In this document: positions 1 through 11,272 of the stretch, piece by piece
Layout of the letters: every line of letters starts with the position of its first letter
Position numbering within the stretch: position 1 is the first letter of the stretch
Assembly: GCA_000697335.1 (NCBI GenBank)
Contig: JNEM01012653.1
Location: forward strand, 1 to 36,225
Source: Conidiobolus incongruus B7586
Taxonomy: Eukaryota
Length of the DNA stretch: 36,225 nt
Direction: 5' to 3'
Notes under the pieces: generated by a model
Told to the model about the DNA's origin: nothing
The model's database searches: none
The model's input: only the letters and a program-made list of their open reading frames with translations
Made by a program: the position numbers and the translations under genes

Positions 1-974
1 ACCTTAAAGTAAATAATTAATGCTTATATTAATATTAATTAATCAAATTAAAATACTTATATTTTTTAATTTTAATATTTATTTAATACCTTTATTAATA
101 AATCAATAGGTTTTAACCCTTATTCAATAATTATAATAAATATCTTAATATAATAATTGTTTTAAAACTTTAAATCAAGTTATCTTTAAATATTATTGAA
201 TTTTAATCTAATATTAAGTATATTAACTATTTTATTTAATTTAGAGAAAAATCAAGGATTAAAAAATAATAATATTTAAAGCTATTTAAAAATCCTCTTA
301 AATATAAAACTAATATGTTTGTTTATCTAAAATAATCTATTTTTAAATTTAACTTATTTAAATCTAGCTTAAATCTAAAATACTTACTATTATATTATAG
401 TATATATAAAATTTAATCTATTAATTTAATTTGTAAAAATATTATCTTAAAACTACTTTTAACTTTGAGGATTAACTTTATTATTTATATATTTAAAATT
501 AGATCTAATAATTAATTAAGATAAAAAAAATACTATATTGATTATATAATTAAATCTAAATCTATTAGGAATAAGCTTTATTTTTATATGTAAAAATAAG
601 TTATCTTATTAATGAAGCTATATAAAAACATTTATAAAATACTAATAATATCTTAACTTATTATACCTATTTACAAAAATTTAAAGATTATGTCTCTTTT
701 AAGAAATCTATTAAAGGAGTATTAAGAGACTAATTCTCTAAATTTATATATATATATATATTTATTTAATTTCATTAACTATAAATTATATAATTAATTT
801 ATATTTTTATAGTTAAACTAATTATATAAATAATATAAAATTATTTAATACACAAGATTCTTCTCTTTTCCTTTTAATTCTTATTATTTCTTATTTTTTA
901 TATTGCTTTTAAAATTAAAATTACATTTTATCAATATTATAGTATATTAGTACTACCTAATATAAATCTTAATA
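1..974 (+). mobile_element. 3' portion of a decayed Ty3/Gypsy (chromovirus-type) LTR retrotransposon: integrase C-terminus, chromodomain, PPT and 3' LTR; runs off the window start
   Basis: Frame 1 from base 1 reads TLK*IINAYININ*SN*NTYIF*F*YLFNTFINKSIGFNPY. Reverting C>T/G>A changes gives TLKQM..AY...NQSNWDTY.P...FNTS...STGFSPY, the end of a Gypsy integrase core. ~450-506 reads KLLLTLRINFIIYIFKIRS (=KLP.TLRI.PV.HVS.IRP). 531-631 is chromodomain-like (YYID.I....SYLINEAI*KH = GYP.DEATWE). Purine tract AAAGGAG at 713-719 immediately precedes the LTR. Confidence 0.8.
720..974 (+). repeat. 3' LTR (~255 bp) of the decayed Gypsy element
   Basis: Starts right after the PPT with TATTAAGA (720-727) and ends with its exact reverse complement TCTTAATA (967-974), i.e. 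TGTTAAGA...TCTTAACA after transition mutation. Confidence 0.65.
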
Positions 975-1041
975 TATAAATAACTTATCCTAATTTAAAG
1001 CTTAATTAAACTTTGTTTATACTAATATATTATATTCTATA

Positions 1042-2605
1042 TACTAACCTGCAAAAATAAGTTATAAAATCAAATATATATATATATTTTAATTAATAAC
1101 TAAAACAATTGTATATATTAATTTTCTTGAAATTATAATATATAATTAAGGTATATTATTTGATTATAAATAAATATATTTAGATATATTTAGTAAACTA
1201 TTAGTAAAAATATTAACCCTTAATATTTAACTAAGGTGAGTTATAAATTTACAGGTTTTTGAGATAAAAGGATATATTTAACAATATATAACCATATCTT
1301 TTTTCTCTCTTTGCTATTATTTTATATAATATTTTTTCAAATATACTAAATTCTTGTTATTAGTATCATTATACTTAAATCCCTCTCTAAAAAAATTTAC
1401 TTGTGTATTAATCAACTTTATAAAGAAAATAAATCAACTTGTGATATTGTTAAAATTACTAGTGTTAACTAGTCTATTATAGTTAAGGTTGTTAAGAATA
1501 ATAATAAAAACATATTTAAACTTAAGTGTATTAAAATCATAGATAAATATGATAAGAAGTATATTTATAGGTTAGTTAGTATAGGTAAGTATAGTATTAT
1601 TATAAAAATATAGCAGGAACTATAAAACTATACAAAAATATTAGTTAGCACTAATATTATTATATATGCTTTATATTAACATAGATACCACTTATATCTT
1701 AAGAAAAAACACCCCCAACTAAAAAAATCCCACTATAAAGTTAGGTGGGAGTTTAAATATTGCTATTAATATTAAACTAAAACTAATTAGAGTAAGGTTA
1801 TTTAGTTTAATGAAACAAAAATATACTTTAGTAGATTTAATAAAAAAACTAAATACTTTAAAAAAAATATAAAACTACTATAGAATTATTATGTTAATTT
1901 TACCTAAAAGTACAATGGTAGGTTAATTATAGTTTAAGGATATATGTTGTTTTTAAGTGTAAGGTATCTTTATAAAGTTAATAGGGGAATTAATACTAAA
2001 ATATACTAAAGTATTTTAAACAATAAATTGAAAAAACTATTAAATAATATTGGTTAAACAAATTTAATATTATTTTCTAGTAAGATAATGTTTCTTACTA
2101 TATTATAACTTCTACTACCAAATAGCTTAAAAATAGCAAGATAATAGTTATAAAGTAGCTTCTTTAATTTCTTAACTTTAACCTAATTAAATATCTTTAG
2201 GATTAGTTAAAAAAAGCTATTAAAGCTTTCCCCCTAGTAAAAAATTTAGATCAATTTTAAGAATATGTTTAAGAAACATAGAACAAGATTAACCTTTCTT
2301 AGTGTAAGAAGTTAGTTGATTCTATACCCTACAAACTTAAAGAAGTTAGAAAAGCTAAAGCTAGATACACTAGGTTTTAATTTTTTTTTATCACCAAAAA
2401 CCTATAAATTTATAACTCACCTTAAGTAAAATTTAAATGTTTATATTTTAACCAATTAATAGCTAAATATCATTATATAATGATATATATTATTAATAAA
2501 TATAATAGATTTTAATTATTTAAGTTTATTTCATTAAATATTAATCAAGTTATTAGTAAAAATATAAGTGTTTTTGATTTTATAACTCATTTTTGTGGGT
2601 TAGTA
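1042..2605 (+). mobile_element. Full-length, inactivated Tc1-family (DD34E) DNA transposon with ~225-bp IR/DR-type terminal inverted repeats
   Basis: Left end TACTAACCTGCAAAAATAAGTTATAAAATC (1042-) matches the reverse complement of the right end (TACTAACCCACAAAAATGAGTTATAAAATC, ending 2605). Inner TIR ends also match (~1232-1269 vs ~2386-2424). TA dinucleotides flank both ends (1040-1041, 2606-2607). A transposase relic lies inside. Confidence 0.92.
1371..2380 (+). pseudogene. Tc1 transposase relic (~336 codons, many stops, one frameshift in the A-run at ~2031-2036)
   Basis: ATA CTT AAA (=MPK) start; HTH-like KENKSTCDIVKITSVN*SII; *SKVI*FNETK (=WSKVIWSDETK, 1788-1820); KYNGRLIIV*GY (=KHGGGSIMVWGC, 1908-1943); F**DNVSYY (=FQQDNASCH, 2075-2101); *LL*FLNFNLIKYL* (=WPPQSPD.NPIEHLW, 2156-2200). 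D at 2084 and E at 2189 are 35 codons apart, giving D34E. Ends KAKARYTRF* like other Tc1 transposases. Confidence 0.92.
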
Positions 2606-3473
2606 TATTATCTTACTATATTCTATATCATATTCTATACCATATTATTTTTATATTAAGTTTTTCTCTATATTATAATAGTTTAATTACCACTATACTT
2701 ATAATATTAATTTGAAGCTATAAAACATTTTTTATTTAAAAATAATTAGAAAAAACTAACTTATCTAATATATTCTTTAGATTATAACTTATTTATTATA
2801 ATTATTATAAATAGTTAGAAAAATAACTTAAAAGAAAAAAATTTTTATAAAAGAATTTAATCAATTTATAAAATATCAAATTTCAGTTTTTGATAAAAAA
2901 AACTATTTTTTTAAGATTAAAAATTTGTTAAGAATATAGCAAAAAGTTATTAATAATAAAAAACTATCAAATTTATATTATATTATTATTTTTATCAATT
3001 ATAAATCAAAATATTTATTTATTTTTAATTACAAAATTTCCCATAATTTAAATTTCAAGGTAATAATTTAACTTTTCTTTTTAATATTAAATATTATAAT
3101 CTAATAATTTAAATTAACTATTTAATTTAATCAAAATAATTTTAATTTTAATATATTTTCTAATTTTCTAGATTAAATGATAATATCAATCAACAAATAT
3201 AAATTTTATTAAAATAATATTATTAAAGAATTAAACAATCTAAAAATTTATTTAATTATATTATTGAATATAATAATTATTAAATTTGAAATAAATTATA
3301 TCAATATATCTAATTCAGTCAACTCAAATTATTATGTAAATATATTTAATCAAACTTAAGATATTCAAATAATTTAAATTATTTAAGGATCAATCATTAT
3401 TATTAGTTAAATTTTAATAAATATGTGAAAAAATTTATTCTTTAGAATAATTCATATTTTAAACGAATTATAC

Positions 3474-3673
3474 TGTACTGGATGGTTGCTAGATTTATTG
3501 GACTAATTAAGCAGAGTCAGGGTGCAGAGGAAGTTGAACCAAGAAAGGTTTATCAACAGACTGACCACACTAAAGTCTCCCCTTGTAGAAGGGTATATTG
3601 TCTAACTATTTATAGGAGAATGAGTCGGGTTGTGATTTATGGGAATTCTGAGAGTCATTATTTATCTGTGACA
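3474..3673 (-). mobile_element. Solo LTR, 200 bp
   Basis: TGT...ACA termini (TGTCAC start on the minus strand); perfect 5-bp target-site duplication TATAC at 3469-3473 and 3674-3678; minus-strand TATA box CTATAAATAG (3606-3615) and downstream AATAAA (3494-3499); sharply GC-richer than its flanks. Confidence 0.85.
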
Positions 3674-3983
3674 TATACCTAATTTAATTTTTTTGTTTAA
3701 ATTTAAATTGCAATTCTGATATAATTTTGTATTTAACCCCTATTATATACTTATATCAAGTTAATTCAAACCTTGAAAATTATTCATATAATTCAGATTG
3801 TGTTTTCTACCTCAGTGATAGTGTTCAAAGCAAACAGTAATAAGGCTAGCTACAAATACTATTGTAATGATATGTTTGCAGATAATTCTACTTTGAAATT
3901 AATAATATTTAGAATTATATTTCTAACTATTAAATTTAGTTAAAAAGATTAAAATAATGTGCACTGAATCTCAAAACTCCAAA

Positions 3984-4001
3984 TATATATATATATATAT
4001 A
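3984..4001. repeat. (TA)9 microsatellite
   Basis: Direct reading. A similar (TA)8 run lies at 745-760. Confidence 0.85.
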
Positions 4002-4163
4002 AATTCAAATTGCTTTTAATATACCAAATAAACCAATTTATTTTTAATTTATTATTCAAAAATATTATTAAAATGTTTAATAATTTAATTTTGAATTATA
4101 ACTAATAAATTATTATTATTCCTATTTGTTAAAAATAAAAATTTTATTTTGAATTATATTTTT

Positions 4164-6818
4164 TTAATAATAAAACTTATTGGATTGAAATGGCTGGGTA
4201 TCATCATTCCGCATACTTTGATCTAAAGCTAGCCACTCATTCATTAAATTGCCAGTTAATTTAACACCAAGTGTGGTTTTGGCCAAATTCTAAACATTGT
4301 AATTAGTAAATCGAAATGTATATATATAATATAATGCTACCATTTTGATATCAATGTCAAACTGTTCCAATTGATTGGATCTCCTCCAACATTTGAAGAG
4401 TCTCAACTTTTGCTTATTCTGAACATCCTTAGGTAATTTGTTCCTGAGTTGGTTGAAGTTGCGCCATTGGTTGAAGCTGCGTTTGAGTATACGTTCCTTC
4501 ATAAATTGCTTGTAAGCTTGATGCAAGTTGGCGGCATTTTGATGCTCATTAGGGAACTCTGCAGTTTGGGACGAAATGCTTGGAGTAATAGTCTTTGTGA
4601 GACTTAGACGGTTTGGAGTGGGCGTAACCATATCCGGATCTGTAGAAAAGCTGGCGAGCGGCGTTGACTTGGTACTGCTGAGAACTCTATTGCTGCTACT
4701 TTGGGCAGAACTGGAGAGCTGGAAAGACTGAGATCGAGAGTGAGCGAAAAGCTTTTGGCGATTGAAGCTTGGCGTAGAAGCTTGGGAAGATTTTGGATTC
4801 AAAGTGACATTCCTTAATGATTGGAACTGAATAGTTTGAGCTCTTTTTGGTGTCATTATTTTCGTAGTATTAAACTGGAATGATTGATTCTGCTGATTTT
4901 GACAATGTGTATTTACAAGTCGCCATTTTTGGAAAGTATGAGCTAATATTCAAAAATATTAATTATAATAATCAGACTATAAATATATAAGTAAAGTGTT
5001 ACCGAGAGTAGTCAAATTACCAATATTACTAGAATTTTTCAGTTCTAAAAATTGGTGAAATACAGATCTGAGCTTGACAAATGAAGTTTCTAAATAAATA
5101 ATTTTAATTTATAAATTATACAATATGTTAATTATAAAATTACTCTTCAATCGATTATTATTAAACTCTTGCAGTAAGTGCATTAATTCGGGATCGTAAA
5201 AATCATAATCGAAAGAGTTGAACTGATTTTGAATTGGATTACTTTGAAAGAACTGGTACGTGTTAAAATCCTAATTTAATCAAGATATATTAATACACGT
5301 GATTAATTAAATCAATAAATATAATTACAGATTGCAACGAAATTGATGATGGATTAGACTGAGGGTATTGAACTTTAAATTGTTGCTGAATTTGAGATCG
5401 TAAAGGATGTTGCAATTGATTTAAATATTCATGATAAGGTTTTTGTTGTCTAAAATAAGTTCAAATTATTAATATATTTAATAAATCTAATGAATAAAAT
5501 AAATTAAAATTAATACCTTATATTCATCAAATTTATTTTTTTACGAATAGAATCCCTAGTCCTATTAAAATAGTTTTTGTTTTTGGAATACTATTTAACG
5601 TATTAATATTCACATAAAAATATAAATTAATAATATATTTACCTTTTTGATAAATTTCTTATTTAAAAATATGATACTCCTGTGATTGGTGAGTTTAAAT
5701 TTTAAAAATGATTTTAGATATACTTGAATCATTTTGTATTTGAGTATGAGACTGTAGTCTTTGAGGGAGTGCTCAATCCATCTTTTGAAGGGAGGGAATT
5801 TGAATTCTACAGGATTCCACCTCAGTTTGTTGTTGTTCATAGGTTTGGATATTTGTAATTTCTAATGAATTCGATTAAATCATTGAAATAAAAAAATGAA
5901 TGTTGAACATTACTTTGAACTTTTTATAAGTTAAGTTTCGTGCGTGATTCTTCGTTATATTCATAAAACTTTTATTTAAGTTATCCCTAAATGAAATTAT
6001 TAAATTAATCTAATAACTAAATGATTATAATATATTGATTACCTCTGATTAGCTACTGGTAACTGATTCATTGGTGGGATATGGATGAAATTTTGCTGCT
6101 TAGAGTGTTTATTTAATATCATATCACTTTCATCCATATCATTCTCATGAATTTGATTCAGTGAATTTAAAAAATCGGGATTCACTAGGGATGATCGTGT
6201 ACTCCAACCATCGTAATCGCTGTTGATAGCTGGATGATACTTTAAATTGGAATTGATTAAATCTAAGCTAAGTTCTGATAATCTATCGTTGCCGACTCTA
6301 AACTCATCCTCAGTCTCCCAGTCGTTATCATTGAATACACCTTCACTCTTCCATAACTCAATATTATTATCTTTGAAGGGGTATTCGTTCGATGTTTTAG
6401 GCAAAAGGGGCGAATTTGGAGGGGAAGGGGAGTCCAAACCAATATTATTGTTAACATGATCATTTGTTCCACTAAAAATATTATAGAACATATATTAATA
6501 AAAACTTAGATAAATAAAATGTTAAAAAAATACTTTTGAATTGGTTGAATAGTCAAATTAACATCATTATTGACTTTATGGCCATTAACACCATTATTAC
6601 TTATACTGCCATTATTATTCACTGGAGCTTGAAATTTGTTTTTATCAAATTCCAATTCTTTTTGAAGAATTTCGTTAGATTCATTATCATTCTAAATCAA
6701 ATTGATTTAATAAAAATATATATTTTTGATATTTATATAAATATTAAATTACTAATAAATCAAAAGGTTTCCAATCATAATAAATAAAATTTAATACGCT
6801 CTGGTGATATCGTTCCAT
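4164..6818 (-). CDS. Hypothetical 678-aa protein, 11 exons (6798-6818, 6534-6691, 6043-6471, 5914-5986, 5643-5861, 5517-5590, 5329-5449, 5144-5270, 5003-5089, 4341-4942, 4164-4289); low-complexity N/S/Q-rich with Sfi1-like motifs
   Basis: All ten introns are GT-AG, ~50-105 nt, and splice phases join into one open frame from MERYHQS to ...SNKFYY*. This explains track ORFs 6039-6491, 5610-5840 and 4290-4856. The first micro-exon is the least certain part. Function is not recognised. Confidence 0.8.
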
Positions 6819-9800
6819 ATTGATAATAACCCAATTTTATATTTTGTAAAATGTATTATTATTAAAAAGTTTTTAATTATTTACAACAAAATTAATTTAA
6901 TTCAACAACTTTTAATATATCACACTTTTAAATTAATAAAATTTAATTAGCCTCCAACATTTAATTGGATTGTTAAATATTATGGGAAATTTGATGAATT
7001 TCTAATTTGAGTTAATATGTTCTATTTCCAGAATCAGATAGTGGTAAATTAACTAGCGTGATGTTGTGTCAAAATTGGTATTTGAGGTACTTTTTTACTC
7101 CTTGATTTTATCTTAATTTATCATGTAAAGGTTATTTTATTTTTTAAATAATGAAAGGCTCACTGACAATAGAAAATGAATGATGATTGAATCATTTTTA
7201 ATGAGATGATATATGATACAAAGTGATTAATATTGTTTCACAAATGGAAGTAATTGAATGATATTAATCTTGTTTGTCCATTTAATTTTTCAATAATATG
7301 TTGACCGTTTCTTTTTCACAAATTTCTAAGAATAATAATGCTAAATTTTTAAATAAGAATTTAAATATATTGCAACTAAATGATATTGAAATTTTGTAAA
7401 TAGTTTAATACTTTTCATACTATCAGATTTCAATATTTATCAAATTGAGCAATATTCCAATTTTAGTAAATTTTTGGATGTATTTTATATGTTCTAATCA
7501 TCTCCAACACCTAAAAAATGAGCCAATATCATCGTTAAAAAATACAATGAATATGTGAAAAAATTAATATTTGAGTTCGAAATAATTTTGCCTTTATATT
7601 ATAGAAATTTAATCAAAATTTATATGGAAATATAAACATATCAAGTATAATAAGTGTTAGAGATAATACATAGTTGTATTAATTTTAATATCTTAAATTT
7701 GGGACAATATTGAATATATATTTAGGACAAGCAAATGTCTTTTTAAAAAGATGTGTGCAAAATGGTAATCTTAATTTTTAGACTTTCCCAGATGGTAGAA
7801 TGATCCACCTACTGATCGATAAACAGTAGAAAGCTCTAGACAATTACGCCAAGGAAGAATACCTCCATTCAAAATTTATTATTAATCAAATAATACTTTT
7901 CTCATTCTAATTTTATTAGCTCTGATTATTTTTAACATATTTCATATCAATCACAACTTTCTTTTTCAATATTCTCTGATTTGCAACATTTTTATTTGTT
8001 TTAATTTCTGTTTATTTGATTTTATTTTTTCATAATTACTTTTTGTATTATTTAGTATCTTATATTATTTTTACATTATTTAAACTTGTTAATAATTTCT
8101 GATATATTAAATATATATTAATATGATTAAGTTCTCAATCTAAATAATTCAATTAAAGAAATATTCATATATTGAATTATACTGGATTTATTAATGTAAA
8201 TATATAATATAATTTTAGTAATGATACGACTATGCAATGGTAAGGTAAAATCTTTGTAAAAAATATATAATACAATTCAATAGATATATTATAATAATTT
8301 CACTCTCAAAACAAAATATTCATTAGTGTTAATTTATATTTAAAATATTTGTGCATAGGTAATATATTATTATATTCAATTAAAAATATCCAATGTATAT
8401 CTATTTAAAAGCAAAGTCAAAGATTATTAACTTATTGCAAAAATTTTGTTGAGTAATATTTTTCAAGATATCATTTTTTAAAATTATCACCCATTTTAAG
8501 TTATTAGTTTTAATAAAAAGGTCTCTTAAAAATTTTAAATAATGAATACTAATAGACCATTCCTCTTTTTTAAGTATAATTGAGTGTAATAGAAAGCTTT
8601 TTTAATATTTGTAGTCTAATGAAAATGAGGTATACATTAATTCAGCATTAAAATGCTACATTTGAGAGTGGTAATAGTAATATAACAACAATTATTCACT
8701 CCATTGAAACGTTAAGCATGATGTTGAATTATAATTTCCTTATTTCTAGTCACTGGCAAGGTTATTTTAAACTATTGTAATATTAATATTCATAACATTA
8801 ATTAGCTCAAAATTATAACCAATTAATTATTATTATAAAAATTGAAACTTTAGGATCAAATTAATAATAATTTTTTCATTTTGTTCAACAAATTATCAAT
8901 AATTATCATCATTCATAATTTTCATTTTCTCAAGTTTTAATTATTATGAAAATATCCTGACAAATTGCCTGAATTTGATTTAATATCAAACGAATATATT
9001 TGAAAGTTTAAAGTACATACTAATTTGTAATCATAGTTTTATAAAATGATTCTAAAAATTTTTTTAAATACAATTAATAGATTTTGTGCAATATTATTGA
9101 TTTATTATATCGATAGTTTGGATCTTGATCACAACTATCAATCATTTGAATTCATAAACTAGCGTCACATGTTCAATTAGAGTAATGAATTTCAATAATT
9201 TCAAAGTATCGACGGGTTTTCATTACACTTATTATATTGGAAAAGACTCAACAAATAAAACGTTACTATAGTAAATTTAAAGATAATCAATAGTTTGTTC
9301 TAATTAAAAATAGACAATATTCAAATTAAAGTATTTCGATTTAACATAATGTTGGCATTGTTCAGTAATTATCTCAAACCTTATTTTCATAAAATTCTTA
9401 ATGGTAAAAATAATACTATTGAATTATCCAATAATATAACCAATGATCAAGATACCTTCATCACACCTAAATTTTATGCACAAGTATAATTCAATTTCAT
9501 AACATATCAATCAAATTCAGAGGTTCCATTAATTGCCACAGGTACTTCATTATGATCAATCAACATAAATTACAAAAAATCCTCTTAAAAATTGATTAGT
9601 ATCACAGTATTAATCATTTCATTACATTCCAATAAATTTATATTGATAAAAAGCTTGCTAGCCCTTATCGTTTCGGTGTATTTTTCAAATAGTGGCATGG
9701 AAAGGCTCCCTTTAGTATGTGGTGAATTAAAGTAATTTCAAACTAGATTCAAATCACAATTTAAAGATATTATTATCGGTTCTTTTGATGTTTTTTAATA

Positions 9801-9830
9801 ATCATTATTCTAAGTTAATGATTTCGAAAT

Positions 9831-9840
9831 GTATAAATAC
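9831..9840 (+). promoter_or_regulatory. Putative TATA box of the 9904 gene
   Basis: GTATAAATAC about 70 bp upstream of the ATG at 9904. Confidence 0.4.
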
Positions 9841-9903
9841 GGAATTTGGAATACTCAAAATTATTAATATAACTACCAATTTTAATAATATCAACTATTC
9901 ATA

Positions 9904-10128
9904 ATGAAATTCACTTATTATCACACTTTTTTAACTCTAATCTCAGCTGTTCTAACTTCAAATCCCAATGAAGACACTAATAATAATGTGGCCGATTATC
10001 AATCACATTATGAGGGTCAAGGGTACCCGAGCAAACAAGATCGAGATCTCACACTCAAAGTTATACTCGATCTCCTCAATCTACTTAATGTCAATGTCGA
10101 TGCAAATATTGGAAGTCTCCAGTATTAG
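9904..10128 (+). CDS. Small secreted protein, 74 aa, unknown function
   Basis: Signal-peptide-like N-terminus MKFTYYHTFLTLISAVLT; GC content above flanks; upstream TATA box. Confidence 0.65.
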   Translation: MKFTYYHTFLTLISAVLTSNPNEDTNNNVADYQSHYEGQGYPSKQDRDLTLKVILDLLNLLNVNVDANIGSLQY

Positions 10129-10360
10129 TGATCAATCATTAATAAGCATTTAATTTCAATATACGCACTATTTATTGCTATTAAATCTATTTCAGATTAT
10201 ATTAGTTTAAGAATTGAAAGATTCTGGAGTAGATAAGATGGAGTATTAATGTAATAAATCCTATTGACAGTTGGATCCAGATAGTTATTTTGAATAGTAA
10301 CAATAGATCACATCTAAAATAATTGGTTATAAAAAGGTTAATAATGATAATTATAGGTAC

Positions 10361-11272
10361 TTACGTCTCTTTAGCCGAACATTTATAATGAGATTTAAAA
10401 GTGAAAACTACTAAACATTCAAATATAAATACAAATATTTCCGTTAATACTAGGGTCAAGTCTGATGTAAATTCGAATTGAGGTTTCGGTCTATTGGAGT
10501 GGTCGGTTTGGAGAAGGTACCAATTGAAATTGATGTTCATAATAGCTGCAGTGTAAAATAGAAAGAATTGTGCGATTTTCAAAATTTTTTCAGGATTTGA
10601 CATAAGACTCAAATGTGCCCATATCACTCCCAATAGGATAACGATTCCGTTGAGTATTGATAGAAATCTTGCAATTCCCATTCCCGGAATCCAAAATGTC
10701 TCGTATTGGTTAAGCCATTCTCTCAAAGTTGACGTTGAGCTAAAGACGATTCGCATACGCTTTAGAAATCCAATCCTCTCCGATTTTGTGGAAATCGTGT
10801 CGGTCGAAGGTGCATAGTTTCGATTGATCATATCAATTATTTCGCTTTCGCCTTTCATTGGATTGAACAATTGGCCACTCACTATGGAGTTAGAAGTTTC
10901 TACTGAAGTCCACAGTTGATTGGTGTTGGAAAGGTTTTCAGTATATCCAAATTCTTGCATATTCATACTCAATTCACTGTTATCATTGGGCGAAGGATCC
11001 GATAGCGTTGAATTAGCTTTAACTGGAGGTGTTGGTAAAGGTCTCCATTCCGGAATATGCATAGGCCTTAGTATTGGGGAAGGCGGTGTTATCCTATATC
11101 TCTGAGGATAGAAAGGGTTATTTTGATGTGGCACCAGAAATTGGGGATATTGATCATTATTCAAAGGGCTTGCAGCTGGAGATAAACTGATACAAGGTGA
11201 ATTCAAATTGATATCATTGTCCGATGGCAGTGTCGGTGACTCTATATTCGTATTCTCACTATTGAAGCTCAT
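10361..11272 (-). CDS. Hypothetical membrane protein, 303 aa, intronless; disordered Pro/Ser-rich N-terminus and ~3 C-terminal TM helices
   Basis: 912-nt ORF in very AT-rich DNA; hydrophobic segments FLSILNGIVILLGVIWAHL, IAQFFLFYTAAIMNINFNWYLL and LTLVLTEIFVFIFECLVVFTF; PxxP motifs (RITPPSP, RPLPTPP). Confidence 0.8.
   Translation of the reverse strand: MSFNSENTNIESPTLPSDNDINLNSPCISLSPAASPLNNDQYPQFLVPHQNNPFYPQRYRITPPSPILRPMHIPEWRPLPTPPVKANSTLSDPSPNDNSELSMNMQEFGYTENLSNTNQLWTSVETSNSIVSGQLFNPMKGESEIIDMINRNYAPSTDTISTKSERIGFLKRMRIVFSSTSTLREWLNQYETFWIPGMGIARFLSILNGIVILLGVIWAHLSLMSNPEKILKIAQFFLFYTAAIMNINFNWYLLQTDHSNRPKPQFEFTSDLTLVLTEIFVFIFECLVVFTFKSHYKCSAKET

Noticed and set aside
2608..3460. Extremely AT-rich, CG-free tract, with short TATTCTATA repeats on both sides of the Tc1
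   Set aside because: Probably further element debris, but no termini or coding motifs could be recovered.
3482..3682. 66-aa ORF in the track
   Set aside because: Coincides with the solo LTR; no protein features.
6290..6350. WETEDEFRVG motif reminiscent of Byr4/Bfa1
   Set aside because: The other Byr4-type repeat motifs are absent; similarity too short to support a name.
6247..6787. ORFs 6247+, 6263- and 6536+
   Set aside because: Shadows of exons 2-3 of the 11-exon gene.
7781..7884. GC-richer patch after TTTTAG reading DFPRW*NDPPTDR*TVESSRQLRQGRIPPF, with small hairpins
   Set aside because: Possibly a dead exon, but it has two stops, no recognisable family and no linkable exons.
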